A DNA stretch of 64,000 nt from the NCBI GenBank assembly GCA_052326605.1, contig JBKQMB010000044.1:862-64861 (forward strand), in the 5' to 3' direction. The position numbers and the translations under genes were made by a program. This stretch comes from Acidimicrobiales bacterium. GTDB taxonomy: Bacteria > Actinomycetota > Acidimicrobiia > Acidimicrobiales > RAAP-2. Below are positions 1 to 9,048 of the stretch, piece after piece; position 1 is the stretch's first letter, and every line of letters starts with the position of its first letter. Under the pieces are notes generated by a model, which was not told where the DNA came from, did not search any database, and saw only the letters and a program-made list of their open reading frames with translations.

Positions 1-265
1 CCGCAACAACGACCCGTCCCTGGAGGCGGCCCTGTTGAAGGGCCGCCAGTCCTCCGTCCAGGCGGACCGGGACGCCGCCTACCAGGAGGTGAACAGGCTC
101 ATGGGTGCGGACATCCCCTACGCATGGACGGCCCGGGCCGTGTGGTCGTGCGGCGCCCAGCCCAGCGTGCAGAACTTCAACAATCCGACCACCCCCTCGG
201 GACAGCCGGCTTTCGGATTCGTGACCGGCGCGATCTGGCCCACCCAGATCTGGCTCGGCTCCTGA
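1..265 (+). CDS. ABC transporter substrate-binding protein (family 5, peptide/nickel type), C-terminal fragment; the gene starts upstream of the window
   Basis: The frame is open from base 2. The tail ...YQEVNRLMGADIPYAWTARAVWSCGAQPSVQNFNNPTTPSGQPAFGFVTGAIWPTQIWLGS aligns position-for-position with the C-terminus of the complete SBP at 574..2256, so this is a tandem paralog. Confidence 0.75.
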   Translation, partial: RNNDPSLEAALLKGRQSSVQADRDAAYQEVNRLMGADIPYAWTARAVWSCGAQPSVQNFNNPTTPSGQPAFGFVTGAIWPTQIWLGS

Positions 266-535
266 CCGTCCATCGCCGATCCGCTCGGCACTGCCGGGGC
301 GGGACCGCACCGTTCCCCCCGGCGGACCGGCGATGGGCCAGCCGGTATCGGCGCGCGCCCCGACGCATGGGAGCGATGCCGGCCCGGTAGCCGGGGCCCG
401 CGTCCCCCCGTCCGCGGGCAACGCCCGCCCCGGCCAATCCCCCGCGACGACGGTCGGAAGGCTAACGTCATCCCGTCGCCGGCGATGCAGGCTTCAGGGG
501 GAGCACGCCGACAGCAACGTTCCATGCGTGCGGCC

Positions 536-554
536 GACGGCGGACGCCGCCGTC
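536..554 (+). promoter_or_regulatory. GC-rich hairpin between the two SBP genes (possible intercistronic terminator or attenuator)
   Basis: GACGGCGG-acg-CCGCCGTC forms an 8-bp perfect stem with a 3-nt loop, followed by CGCTTTCCC. It ends 20 nt before the ATG at 574. The function is inference only. Confidence 0.3.
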
Positions 555-573
555 CGCTTTCCCAAGGGGGAAT

Positions 574-2256
574 ATGTCTGACCGAATCGACCGACGCTCG
601 TTTCTGGCGCGGGGGACGGCCACCGGAGTGGGAATCGCCGCCATTGGCGCCTCGGGGGGTCTGCTGGCCGCCTGCAGCTCGGGGTCGAGCCCGAGTTCAA
701 CGACCGGAGCGACCGCGACCCACCCCAACGGCGTCTCGACCGCCACACCGAAACCCGGTGGCGCGCTCGTCTTCGGCGTCGACGCCGAGGAGAAGGGTTT
801 CTCCCCGACACAGGGCACGTTCGACGAGGTCGGCATCCTCTACGCCCGCACGGTCTTCGACCCACTGATGATCCTCGCCGCCGACAGCACCCCACAGCCC
901 TATCTGGCCCAGTCGGTCACCCCGAACGGCGACTACACCGTGTGGACCATCACCATGCGGCCCAACCTGATCTTCCACAACGGTTCCCCGTGCGACGCCG
1001 CCGCGGTGGCTGCCAACTTCGCGGCCCACAAGGCGTCGGCCCTCACCGGCCCGGCCATCACCACCATCGACACCGTCACCGTCACCAGCCCTCTGGTGGT
1101 GACCATCACCATGAAGTCGCCGTGGGTGCCCTTCGACTACTACCTGACCGGTGGCATCGGCGGGCAGTTCGCCTTCATCGCCGAGCCCAACTGGCTCAAC
1201 TCGAACAGCCAGACCAACCCGGTCGGCACCGGCCCGTTCGTCTTCCAGGAGTGGGTCCCGAACGACCACTTCACCGCCACCAGGAACCCTCACTACTGGC
1301 GGTCGGGGTACCCCTACCTGGACAGCGTCACCTACAAGCCGATTCCCGACCCGGACCAGCTGCTGAGCAGCCTGACCTCCGGATCGGTCGACATCATGCA
1401 CTCGGACACCCCCAATGCGATCAGTACGCTCCGAAGCGACACGTCGCTGGGCTATGTCGACGACTCGACCAACGTCGCCGGAGAATCGGACATGGGCTGC
1501 CTCCTGCTCAACCTGGACAAGCCGCCGTTCAACAACCTGAAGGTGCGCCAGGCCACGGCCTACGCCATCAGCTCGGCCCAGTACGTCAAGGTGATCGACC
1601 AGGGGATCTTCCCCACCTCGAACGGGCCCTTCTCCAGCAACTCGCCCTACTACGTGGCCGACAACGGCTACCCCGTCTACAACGTGTCGAAGGCCAAACA
1701 GCTCGTCCAGGAGGCGCAGCAGGAGACGGGCCAGCCGGTGTCGGTCACCGTCAACCATGTGCCCGACCCGACCACGACCCGGATCGCCGAATACCTGCAG
1801 CAGGCCCTGGAGACGGCCGGCATCACGGTGACCCTCAGCCCGATCCAGCAGGCCCAGATCATCAACACGGCCCTGCTGGGCACCTTCCAGGCCCAGGTGT
1901 GGCGGCAGTTCGGCGCGGTCGACCCGGACATGAACTACATCTTCTGGAGCCCGACCAACGCCAACACGCCGGGGTTCTCGATCAACATGGCCCGCAACTC
2001 CGACCCGACCATGCAGACGGCCCTGCTCCAGGGGCGCCAGTCTCCGAACAAGTCGGACCGGATCGCCGCCTACCAGCAAGTCAGCAAGTTGCTGGGCTCC
2101 GACATCCCCTACGTCTGGTACGACCGGACCGTTTGGGCCATCGGAGCCCAGCCCACAGTCGAGAACTTCGACAACCCGACCACGCCTGCCGGCGCCAAGG
2201 CCTTCGGGTTGATCGGCGGGGCGATCTGGCCCACCCAGATCTGGCTGAACTCCTGA
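574..2256 (+). CDS. ABC transporter substrate-binding lipoprotein, family 5 (peptide/nickel/opine type)
   Basis: 560-aa ORF with a Tat-like plus lipobox N-terminus (RRSFLARG...LLAACSS). The sequence is SBP_bac_5-like over its full length. AAGGGGG lies just upstream of the ATG. Confidence 0.9.
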   Translation: MSDRIDRRSFLARGTATGVGIAAIGASGGLLAACSSGSSPSSTTGATATHPNGVSTATPKPGGALVFGVDAEEKGFSPTQGTFDEVGILYARTVFDPLMILAADSTPQPYLAQSVTPNGDYTVWTITMRPNLIFHNGSPCDAAAVAANFAAHKASALTGPAITTIDTVTVTSPLVVTITMKSPWVPFDYYLTGGIGGQFAFIAEPNWLNSNSQTNPVGTGPFVFQEWVPNDHFTATRNPHYWRSGYPYLDSVTYKPIPDPDQLLSSLTSGSVDIMHSDTPNAISTLRSDTSLGYVDDSTNVAGESDMGCLLLNLDKPPFNNLKVRQATAYAISSAQYVKVIDQGIFPTSNGPFSSNSPYYVADNGYPVYNVSKAKQLVQEAQQETGQPVSVTVNHVPDPTTTRIAEYLQQALETAGITVTLSPIQQAQIINTALLGTFQAQVWRQFGAVDPDMNYIFWSPTNANTPGFSINMARNSDPTMQTALLQGRQSPNKSDRIAAYQQVSKLLGSDIPYVWYDRTVWAIGAQPTVENFDNPTTPAGAKAFGLIGGAIWPTQIWLNS

Positions 2257-2311
2257 TCCGCCCCGGCCGACCTGCCCTCCCGGGGACGGTCGGCCGTGTC
2301 ATGATCGGACG

Positions 2312-2989
2312 ATGAGTCGAATCCTGATCGTCGAGGACGACGAGCGGATCCGGTCGTCGATGCGGCTGGCCCTGGAGGACGAGGGCTACACCGTGGAGGA
2401 TGTGGCCAGCGGCGAGGAGGCGGCAAGCCGCTTCACCGAGGAGCCGGCAGAGCTGGTGCTCATCGACCTGATGCTCCCGGGTATCGACGGATTCGAGACC
2501 TGTCGGACCCTGCGAAGCCAGAGCACGGTTCCCATCATCATGGTGACCGCCCGCTCCGACACCCACGACGTCGTCGCCGGCCTCGAGGCGGGCGCCGACG
2601 ACTACGTCACCAAGCCATTCGTGGCCAAGGAGCTGGCGGCCCGGATCCGCGCCCTGCTCCGGCGGTCGCGCCCCACCGACGCGGGCGACTCCGCACTCAG
2701 CTTCGGCGACGTGGAGATCGAACGAGACGCCGGCGTGGTGCGCCGCGACGGCCAGGAGGTCCACTGCACCCGCACCGAGTTCCGGCTGCTCTGCGAGTTG
2801 GCCGACCACCCGGGCAAGGTGCTCAGCCGCGAGCACCTCCTCGAGCGGGTCTGGGGCTACGACTACTTCGGCGACGGGCGCCTCGTCGACGTGCACGTAC
2901 GCCGTCTACGCACCAAAGTCGAGCCCGACCCGGCCAATCCCCGCTTCATCCTCACTGTCCGGGGCATGGGCTACAAGCTGGCGGTCTGA
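2312..2989 (+). CDS. mtrA: OmpR/PhoB-family response regulator, MtrA-like
   Basis: Receiver domain (ILIVEDD..., DLMLPG) plus a winged-helix output (VHVRRLRTKVE...LTVRGMGYKL). It resembles actinobacterial MtrA and is followed by a histidine kinase and a GerMN lipoprotein, as in mtrA-mtrB-lpqB. Confidence 0.85.
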   Translation: MSRILIVEDDERIRSSMRLALEDEGYTVEDVASGEEAASRFTEEPAELVLIDLMLPGIDGFETCRTLRSQSTVPIIMVTARSDTHDVVAGLEAGADDYVTKPFVAKELAARIRALLRRSRPTDAGDSALSFGDVEIERDAGVVRRDGQEVHCTRTEFRLLCELADHPGKVLSREHLLERVWGYDYFGDGRLVDVHVRRLRTKVEPDPANPRFILTVRGMGYKLAV

Positions 2990-2992
2990 CCG

Positions 2993-4549
2993 GTGGCCCA
3001 GGCGGTGCACCGGGCCGCGACAGAAGCTCCTACCAACGGTGAGGACGCCGGCCGACCCTCCGGCAACTCGGCACAAGGGCCGATCCGAAAAGCCCGCCGC
3101 ACCCGGCTGTCGGGCGGACTGGGGCTCCGGGCCCGGGTCACTGCGGCATTTGCCATTGGTGCCTTTGCCCTCTCCACCATGATGGCCGGCATCACGTACT
3201 TCGCCGCCCGCCAGACCTTTCTCAACGAGCGCCAGACCGCTTCGCAACGCCAGGCCTTCGCCAACGCCTCGTTGATCCAGAACGCGCTCCGCTCGCCCGG
3301 TACCCAGGTCGACCAGTTGATCTCGTCGGTGGACACCCTGCCCGGATCACGGTCGGTGCTGGAGGCCGGCGGCCAGTGGTACGCAACGTCGATCTCTGTG
3401 GGCCAGAGCGCCGTCCCCGTCCAGGAGCGCACCCTCGTCCTGGCCGGCACGCCGGCTTCCCAGCTCTTCTCCCTCGGCGGGACTCCCCAACTGGTGATCG
3501 GCGTGCCGCTCCCGGCGGTGCATGCCGCCTACTTCGAGGTGTTCTCGTTGGACGAGCTGGCCGGCACGCTGCGGGCCCTGGCCTTCGCTCTCGCCGCAGC
3601 CGCCCTGGTCACCACCCTCGCCGGGGCCGCCGTCGGACGATGGGCCAGCTCTCGGGCACTGCGCCCGCTCTCCGACGTGACCGATGCAGCAGTGGCCATC
3701 GCCGGTGGTGAGCTCGACACGCGGATGGAGGTCGGCGACGACGTCGACCTCCAGGAACTGGCCTCCGCGTTCAACCGGATGACCGCGGCCTTGCAGGACC
3801 GCATCGAACGGGAGGCCCGGTTCACGTCGGACGTCAGCCACGAGCTCCGCTCACCGCTCACCACGCTCATGGCAACCGTGGGCGTGCTCGAGGGCCACCG
3901 GGACGAGTTGGGCCCGCGAGCGCAGAGCGCCCTCGATCTGCTCGACGGGGATCTGAGGCGGTTCACGCGCATGGTGGACGACCTCCTGGAGATCTCGAGG
4001 TTCGACGCCGGTTCCGCCGAGCTCTCGCTGGACGAGGTCGACCCCGGGGAGCTGGTCCGCCGGTCGGTGACCGCGTCCGCCCCCGTCGGCGGCGACGGCC
4101 ACCGGGCTGCGGTCGCCTTTCCAGTGGAGATCGGTGAGGGCGTCACGGGCCTGCGGCTCCGGGTCGACAAGCGGAGGTTCGAGCGGGTCATGGCCAATCT
4201 GGTCGAGAACGCCTCGCTCTACGCCGGAGGTGTCAGCAGGGTCATCGTCGAACGCCACCCCGGCGTGGCCGGTGCCGAGCCGCCCCGGACCATCCGGGTC
4301 ATCGTCGAGGATCGGGGACCGGGGATCCCAGAACACGAGCGCCAGCACCTGTTCGAACGCTTCTACCGGGGAAGCCGGGCCGGCCAGCGGGCCTCCAGCC
4401 AAGGCACCGGTCTCGGGCTGTCCCTGGTGGCCGAGCACGTCCGGCTCCATGGCGGCCGGATGTGGATCGAAGACGCACCGGGCCACGGGTCGAGGTTCGT
4501 CGTCGAACTCCCCCTCCAACCGGTCGACTCCGAGCCGGTGATCCCGTGA
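2993..4549 (+). CDS. mtrB: Sensor histidine kinase, MtrB-like
   Basis: Membrane segments, a HAMP-like linker, an H-box (SHELRSPLT), an N-box (NLVENA) and G-boxes (DRGPGI, GTGLGLS). It starts 3 nt after the regulator's stop codon. Confidence 0.85.
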   Translation: MAQAVHRAATEAPTNGEDAGRPSGNSAQGPIRKARRTRLSGGLGLRARVTAAFAIGAFALSTMMAGITYFAARQTFLNERQTASQRQAFANASLIQNALRSPGTQVDQLISSVDTLPGSRSVLEAGGQWYATSISVGQSAVPVQERTLVLAGTPASQLFSLGGTPQLVIGVPLPAVHAAYFEVFSLDELAGTLRALAFALAAAALVTTLAGAAVGRWASSRALRPLSDVTDAAVAIAGGELDTRMEVGDDVDLQELASAFNRMTAALQDRIEREARFTSDVSHELRSPLTTLMATVGVLEGHRDELGPRAQSALDLLDGDLRRFTRMVDDLLEISRFDAGSAELSLDEVDPGELVRRSVTASAPVGGDGHRAAVAFPVEIGEGVTGLRLRVDKRRFERVMANLVENASLYAGGVSRVIVERHPGVAGAEPPRTIRVIVEDRGPGIPEHERQHLFERFYRGSRAGQRASSQGTGLGLSLVAEHVRLHGGRMWIEDAPGHGSRFVVELPLQPVDSEPVIP

Positions 4550-5172
4550 CCCGTCCGAGCAGCCGGAGCGTTCAGGGAAGTGGGAGCACCCGACTCCTTG
4601 CCGGTACGGCCACGCTGGTGCTGGTGGTGTGCGCGGCGTGCGGGATCCCGACCACCGGAGGCCCCACGGCGATCGCCAAGTCGGATGTGCCGTTCCACCT
4701 CCTGAATCCGGCCCCTCCGACCACGGTCAACTCGACGCTGCCGCCTGAGGTCGGTGTCTCCGAGCCCATCTTCCTGGTCGCCCCCAGCCTGCACCTGGAG
4801 GAGGTGTCCCGCGACGTCCAGATTCCCGCCACCCTCAGCGAGATCCTCGGGGCCCTGCTCGAAGGGCCGACCGCTGCCGAGTCGGCGGCAGGCCTCCAGA
4901 GCTTCCTGACCGGCAGCCGCACGCAGGTCGTCACCACGGTGGCCGGTGGGATCGCCACCGTCAACTTCACCACCAACCCGATTCAGGTGGTCGGCCCCGA
5001 TCAGACCCTGGCCATCGCCCAGGTCGTGTTCACCGCCACCCAACAGCCCGGGGTCACCGGGGTCACCTTCCAGATCGCCGGCCAGCCGATCGAGGTCCCC
5101 ACAGCCAACGGGGTGCAGGTGCCGGGCCCGGTGGATCGCACATCCTACGTGCCCCAGGCACCGCTCCCGTGA
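4546..5172 (+). CDS. GerMN-domain lipoprotein (short LpqB-like)
   Basis: The GTG at 4546 overlaps the kinase stop codon (GTGA). There is a lipobox-like LVVCAAC and GerMN-type sequence (SEILGALLEGPTAAESAAGLQSFL...ATVNFT...). The position matches lpqB, but at about 208 aa it is far shorter than mycobacterial LpqB. Confidence 0.7.
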   Translation: MTRPSSRSVQGSGSTRLLAGTATLVLVVCAACGIPTTGGPTAIAKSDVPFHLLNPAPPTTVNSTLPPEVGVSEPIFLVAPSLHLEEVSRDVQIPATLSEILGALLEGPTAAESAAGLQSFLTGSRTQVVTTVAGGIATVNFTTNPIQVVGPDQTLAIAQVVFTATQQPGVTGVTFQIAGQPIEVPTANGVQVPGPVDRTSYVPQAPLP

Positions 5173-5185
5173 CCGGTCGGCGGCC

Positions 5186-5587
5186 TCAGGACGGGGCGGG
5201 CAAGGCCCAGGTTATCCGGGGTGCGTCGAGCCAGAGGTGCTCGAGGTCGTAGAACTCGCGGGCCTCGTCCAGAAAGATGTGCACCAGGAACTCGCCATAG
5301 TCCATCAGGACCCAGCGGGCGTCAGTCAGGCCCTCGACCCGAAGCGGCGACTGGCCGCCCGACCCCTTGACCTGCAGCTCCACCTCGTCGACGATGGCTT
5401 TGACCTGGCGGGAAGTGCGACCGCTGGTGATCACGAAGGCGTCGGTGACCCCTAGCAGCTCACCCATCGCCAGGATGACCGTGTCCTCGCCCGACTTCGC
5501 CTCGGCAGCGCGTGCTGCAACGATACTCTCCTCGGGGACGGCGGGGTCATCGTGTTCGACGACGGGCACGGCGCTGGTCGATGTCAA
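5186..5587 (-). CDS. rsfS: Ribosome silencing factor RsfS
   Basis: The C-terminal ~130 aa match RsfS/DUF143 (DTVILAMGELLGVTDAFVITSGRTSRQVKAIVDEV...WVLMDYGEFLVHIF). The TTG at 5587 overlaps the stop of the upstream ORF (TTGA). The rest of the 197-aa maximal ORF is Arg/Pro-rich and does not look coding. Confidence 0.85.
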   Translation of the reverse strand: MTSTSAVPVVEHDDPAVPEESIVAARAAEAKSGEDTVILAMGELLGVTDAFVITSGRTSRQVKAIVDEVELQVKGSGGQSPLRVEGLTDARWVLMDYGEFLVHIFLDEAREFYDLEHLWLDAPRITWALPAPS

Positions 5588-5949
5588 GGGTCGGCTCCTT
5601 CTGGCGCTGCTGCGCCGTGGGTTTCGGGGGGCTGCGGGTCGAGCGGGACGAAGCGGGGATGGGTGGCGGGGAGGAGCGCGAGCGCGGGCCCGACCCCTTG
5701 GGGGCCCGCGGCCCGGTTGCGGGCCAAGTCCACGACCAGGATAGTGAGGGCGAGGCACACGGCGACCACCACGGCGCACAGTACCGAGAGCCGCCGCCGC
5801 TGGCGGCGGACCTCACGGAGGGCCCGGCGGCCGTCGGTCCGGGGGCGATCAGGTGAAGGCCCTGGTGGTGCATCACCTGGTACGGGCGGATGCGGGTCGG
5901 GGGGACGTGGGGTGGTGCCTGACTCGGTGGGCGTCATCCGCACAGTCAT
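5584..5949 (-). CDS. Small Pro-rich single-pass membrane protein (hypothetical)
   Basis: The ATG at 5949 overlaps the nadD stop (ATGA), and its stop overlaps the rsfS TTG. There is one clear hydrophobic segment (LSVLCAVVVAVCLALTILVV) preceded by RRQRRR. Third codon positions are G/C-rich. Confidence 0.45.
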   Translation of the reverse strand: MTVRMTPTESGTTPRPPDPHPPVPGDAPPGPSPDRPRTDGRRALREVRRQRRRLSVLCAVVVAVCLALTILVVDLARNRAAGPQGVGPALALLPATHPRFVPLDPQPPETHGAAAPEGADP

Positions 5950-6542
5950 CTCCCCGTAGCGTACAGACCTCGTTGCACGATGCAATGGATGACCGGATCG
6001 GGAACCAGCCCCGCCAGCGACTCCCCCGCCTCGATGCGCCTCCGGAGCTCGGTGCTCGAGACGTCGAAGGGTGCCACCGGCACGTCGACGCCATGCCAGC
6101 CCGGAGGTGGTGCCACCCTGGGGGCGCCCGGCCGGCCGACCACTGCCAGGGTCACCAGGTCGCGCAGTGCGGGCTCGTCCTTCCATGTGGGGAGCTCAGC
6201 CACGACGTCGGAGCCGACCACCAGGACCAGCGCCGCATGCGGCTCGAGGCGCCGAAGCTGCTCGACCGTGTCGATCGTGTAGGACGGCCCACCCCGGTCG
6301 ATCTCCATCCGGCACGGCTCCAGTCCGGGCCGTCCCTCTACGGCTGCCGCCACCATCGCATAGCGATCCTCCGCCGGCGTCACCGACCGACCCTGCTTCT
6401 GCCAGGGCTCGTTGGCCACCACCAGCAGCATGCGGTCGAGCCCCAGGGCCCGGCCCACCGCCTCGGCCACTTCCACATGGGCGGTGTGGATCGGATCGAA
6501 CGTGCCGCCGAAGATCCCGATCCGCGTGGCCTCCCTAGCCAC
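5946..6542 (-). CDS. nadD: Nicotinate-nucleotide adenylyltransferase
   Basis: IGIFGGTFDPIHTAHV motif and full-length NadD-like sequence. The GTG at 6542 gives 198 aa and lies 1 nt after the upstream gene's stop. Confidence 0.9.
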   Translation of the reverse strand: MAREATRIGIFGGTFDPIHTAHVEVAEAVGRALGLDRMLLVVANEPWQKQGRSVTPAEDRYAMVAAAVEGRPGLEPCRMEIDRGGPSYTIDTVEQLRRLEPHAALVLVVGSDVVAELPTWKDEPALRDLVTLAVVGRPGAPRVAPPPGWHGVDVPVAPFDVSSTELRRRIEAGESLAGLVPDPVIHCIVQRGLYATGR

Positions 6543-6543
6543 C

Positions 6544-7473
6544 TCAGGTACCGGACAACGCTGCCACCACCGGCGAGAACGCCTCCATCTCCGCTTCGTG
6601 CACCACGATGTAGGAGAAGCCGTACAGCTCACGACGATGGCGGAGGGTCTCGATGATCTGGTCGGTAGTGCCGACCAGCGCGATCGGCGAGCCGGCCACC
6701 TGCTCGGCGGTCACCGCCAGCAGGCCGGCCAGTCGTTCGATGGCCTCGTCCCGATCAGGGACGACCTGGACCAGGAAGGTCAGTACCTGCAGTTCGAGCC
6801 GCTCGAACCGGTCGCCGGCGGCCTCTCTGATCCACGCCAACCGCTGGTGGTAGTACTCGGCTGTGGTGGTCTCGAGGACCTCGGACCCGATGTGCCCGGC
6901 GGCCAGGCTCGGGTTCACACCGACGATGTCGGCCTCGCGGGCGGCGATGCCCAGTACCCGCCGCCCGCCGCCGCCGATGATGATCCGCGGATGGGGACGC
7001 TGGTGGGGCTCGGGTGCACCTACGGCCCGGGTGATCCGGTAGTGCTCCCCCTCGAAGGTGGCCGTGCCCTCCGACCACAGGGACTTCATCACCGCCAGGC
7101 TCTCGGCCATCCGGCTGATCCGCACGCCGGCAGCGTCCTCGGTGATGCCCGCCTGCTCGTAGTCGGCGCGCATCCACCCGGCCCCCAGGCCGAATTCGAC
7201 CCGGCCCTCGGAGACGAGGTCGAGCGTGGCGATCTCCTTGGCCAGGACCACCGGGTGCCGGTAGTCGTTGCCGAAGACCAGGGATCCCACCCGGAGGGTG
7301 GAGGTGGCCTCGGCCGCCACGGTGAGCGCCACCAGGGGGCCGAACTGGTCCTCGAAGTGGTCGGGGATGAACAGGGTCGAGTAACCGAGGCCCTCGATCG
7401 TGCGGGCGAGGTCGCGCCAGGCACGGCCAGATGCAGCCCGGGACAGCTGGACTCCGAATCGGAAAGGTGGCAT
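6544..7473 (-). CDS. LLM-class (luciferase-like) flavin/F420-dependent oxidoreductase
   Basis: 309 aa. FGVQL...GYSTLFIPDHF...LRVGSLVFGNDYRHPVVLAKEIATLDLVSEGRVEFGLGAGW is typical of the luciferase-like monooxygenase family. Confidence 0.85.
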   Translation of the reverse strand: MPPFRFGVQLSRAASGRAWRDLARTIEGLGYSTLFIPDHFEDQFGPLVALTVAAEATSTLRVGSLVFGNDYRHPVVLAKEIATLDLVSEGRVEFGLGAGWMRADYEQAGITEDAAGVRISRMAESLAVMKSLWSEGTATFEGEHYRITRAVGAPEPHQRPHPRIIIGGGGRRVLGIAAREADIVGVNPSLAAGHIGSEVLETTTAEYYHQRLAWIREAAGDRFERLELQVLTFLVQVVPDRDEAIERLAGLLAVTAEQVAGSPIALVGTTDQIIETLRHRRELYGFSYIVVHEAEMEAFSPVVAALSGT

Positions 7474-7511
7474 GTTCCGAGCCTAGGGCCGGAGGCCTTA
7501 CGCTGTTGGCC

Positions 7512-8870
7512 GTGGCCACTCCGCCCCCCGCCGCAGCCTGGACGCCCGACTCGTGGAGATCGAAGCGCGCGGCCCAGCAACCCCACTGGCCCGACGAGGG
7601 CGAGCTGAAGCGCGTCCACGCGCAGCTGAACGGGCTGCCGCCCCTGGTCTTCGCCGGTGAGGCCCGACACCTGACCCGTGCGCTCGGCCAAGCCGCCCAG
7701 GGCAAGGCCTTCGTGCTCCAGGCCGGCGACTGCGCCGAGTCGTTCAACGAGTTCAGCGCCGACGGGATCCGCGACAAGCTGAAGGTCATCCTCCAGATGG
7801 CGGTCGTCCTCACCTATGGAGCGGGCGTGCCGGTCGTCAAGGTGGGCCGCATCGCCGGCCAGTTCGCCAAGCCGCGCACCTCCCCCACCGAGCAGGTCGG
7901 CGACCTCGTGCTGGACTCTTTCCGGGGCCACATGGTCAACGACGACCTTCCCGAGCCGGGCGCCCGCGTCCCGGACCCGGTGCGGTTGGTGGCTGCCTAT
8001 CAGCAGTCGGTCTCCACCCTCAATCTGCTCCGGGCCTTCACCAAGGGTGGGTTCGCCGATCTGAGCCAGATCCACGCCTGGAACCAGGAGTTCGTGGCAT
8101 CCTCGACCGAAGGTCGGCGCTTCGACGACATCGCCGAGGGGATCGACCGCGCCCTGCGGTTCATGGCGGCTTGCGGCATCAATCTCACGGCGGAGGACAC
8201 CCTTCACCAGGTGGACTTCTGGACCAGCCACGAGGCGCTGATCCTCGACTACGAAGAGGCCCTGACCCGTCGGGACTCGCTCACCGGCGACTGGTACGAC
8301 TGCTCGGCCCACATGCTCTGGGTGGGCGAGCGAACTCGCCAGCTCGACGGAGCCCACTGCGAGTTCCTCTCCGGCATCCACAACCCGGTGGGATCCAAGG
8401 TCGGCCCCTCCGCCACGGCCGACGACGTCGTCGCCCTGTGCGAGCGCCTCAATCCCGGCCGGATCCCGGGCCGACTCACCCTGATCACCCGGTTCGGCGC
8501 GGCTGCCATCGATGCCACCTTGCCCCCTCTCCTGCGCGCCGTCCGTTCCGAGGGCCACCCGGTGGTGTGGATTTGCGACCCGATGCACGGCAACACCTTC
8601 ACCGCCGAGGGGGGCCGCAAGACCCGGAGGTTCGACGACATCATCGCCGAGCTGCAGGGCTTCTTCCGCGCCCACCGGGAGGTCGGCACCTGGCCCGGAG
8701 GCGTGCACGTGGAGCTGACCGGGGATGACGTCACCGAGTGCCTGGGTGGCGTCGAGGAGATCGTGGAAGGACAGCTCGACCAGCGCTACACCACCACCTG
8801 TGACCCCCGGCTCAACGGCCGACAGGCCCTCGACCTGGCATTCGGCGTGGCCGAACTCCTGCGCAGCTGA
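7512..8870 (+). CDS. aroG: Class II 3-deoxy-7-phosphoheptulonate (DAHP) synthase
   Basis: WTPDSWRSKRAAQQPHWPD...PPLVFAGEARHL...FVLQAGDCAESF and the remaining sequence are class II DAHPS-like. The start is uncertain: the maximal ORF begins at 7431 and there is an in-frame GTG at 7512. Confidence 0.88.
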   Translation: MATPPPAAAWTPDSWRSKRAAQQPHWPDEGELKRVHAQLNGLPPLVFAGEARHLTRALGQAAQGKAFVLQAGDCAESFNEFSADGIRDKLKVILQMAVVLTYGAGVPVVKVGRIAGQFAKPRTSPTEQVGDLVLDSFRGHMVNDDLPEPGARVPDPVRLVAAYQQSVSTLNLLRAFTKGGFADLSQIHAWNQEFVASSTEGRRFDDIAEGIDRALRFMAACGINLTAEDTLHQVDFWTSHEALILDYEEALTRRDSLTGDWYDCSAHMLWVGERTRQLDGAHCEFLSGIHNPVGSKVGPSATADDVVALCERLNPGRIPGRLTLITRFGAAAIDATLPPLLRAVRSEGHPVVWICDPMHGNTFTAEGGRKTRRFDDIIAELQGFFRAHREVGTWPGGVHVELTGDDVTECLGGVEEIVEGQLDQRYTTTCDPRLNGRQALDLAFGVAELLRS

Positions 8871-8914
8871 CCAGGGCGATTGGGTGCTTCGATCGCCGCA
8901 CCTTGGGGGTGTTG

Positions 8915-8943
8915 TTGACCCGGGCACCGGTGGCCACCACAAT
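8915..8943 (+). promoter_or_regulatory. Candidate sigma-70-type promoter for the secreted repeat protein
   Basis: TTGACC (8915-8920), a 17-nt spacer, then CACAAT (8938-8943), about 100 nt upstream of the 9049 start. This is pattern only. Confidence 0.25.
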
Positions 8944-9048
8944 GGGAGGGTCACCTCCTGGCACATCCGATCGCGGCGCTCACCCCGACCGTGTCGCGTC
9001 TGCCCCGTGCGGTGACTACGTCCAAACCCCCTGGAGACCCCGTCGCTG

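Noticed and set aside
5588-5779. N-terminal extension of the rsfS maximal ORF
   Set aside because: It is an Arg/Pro-rich, non-protein-like sequence. A different frame over the same DNA encodes a plausible TM protein chained to nadD and rsfS by overlapping stop and start codons.
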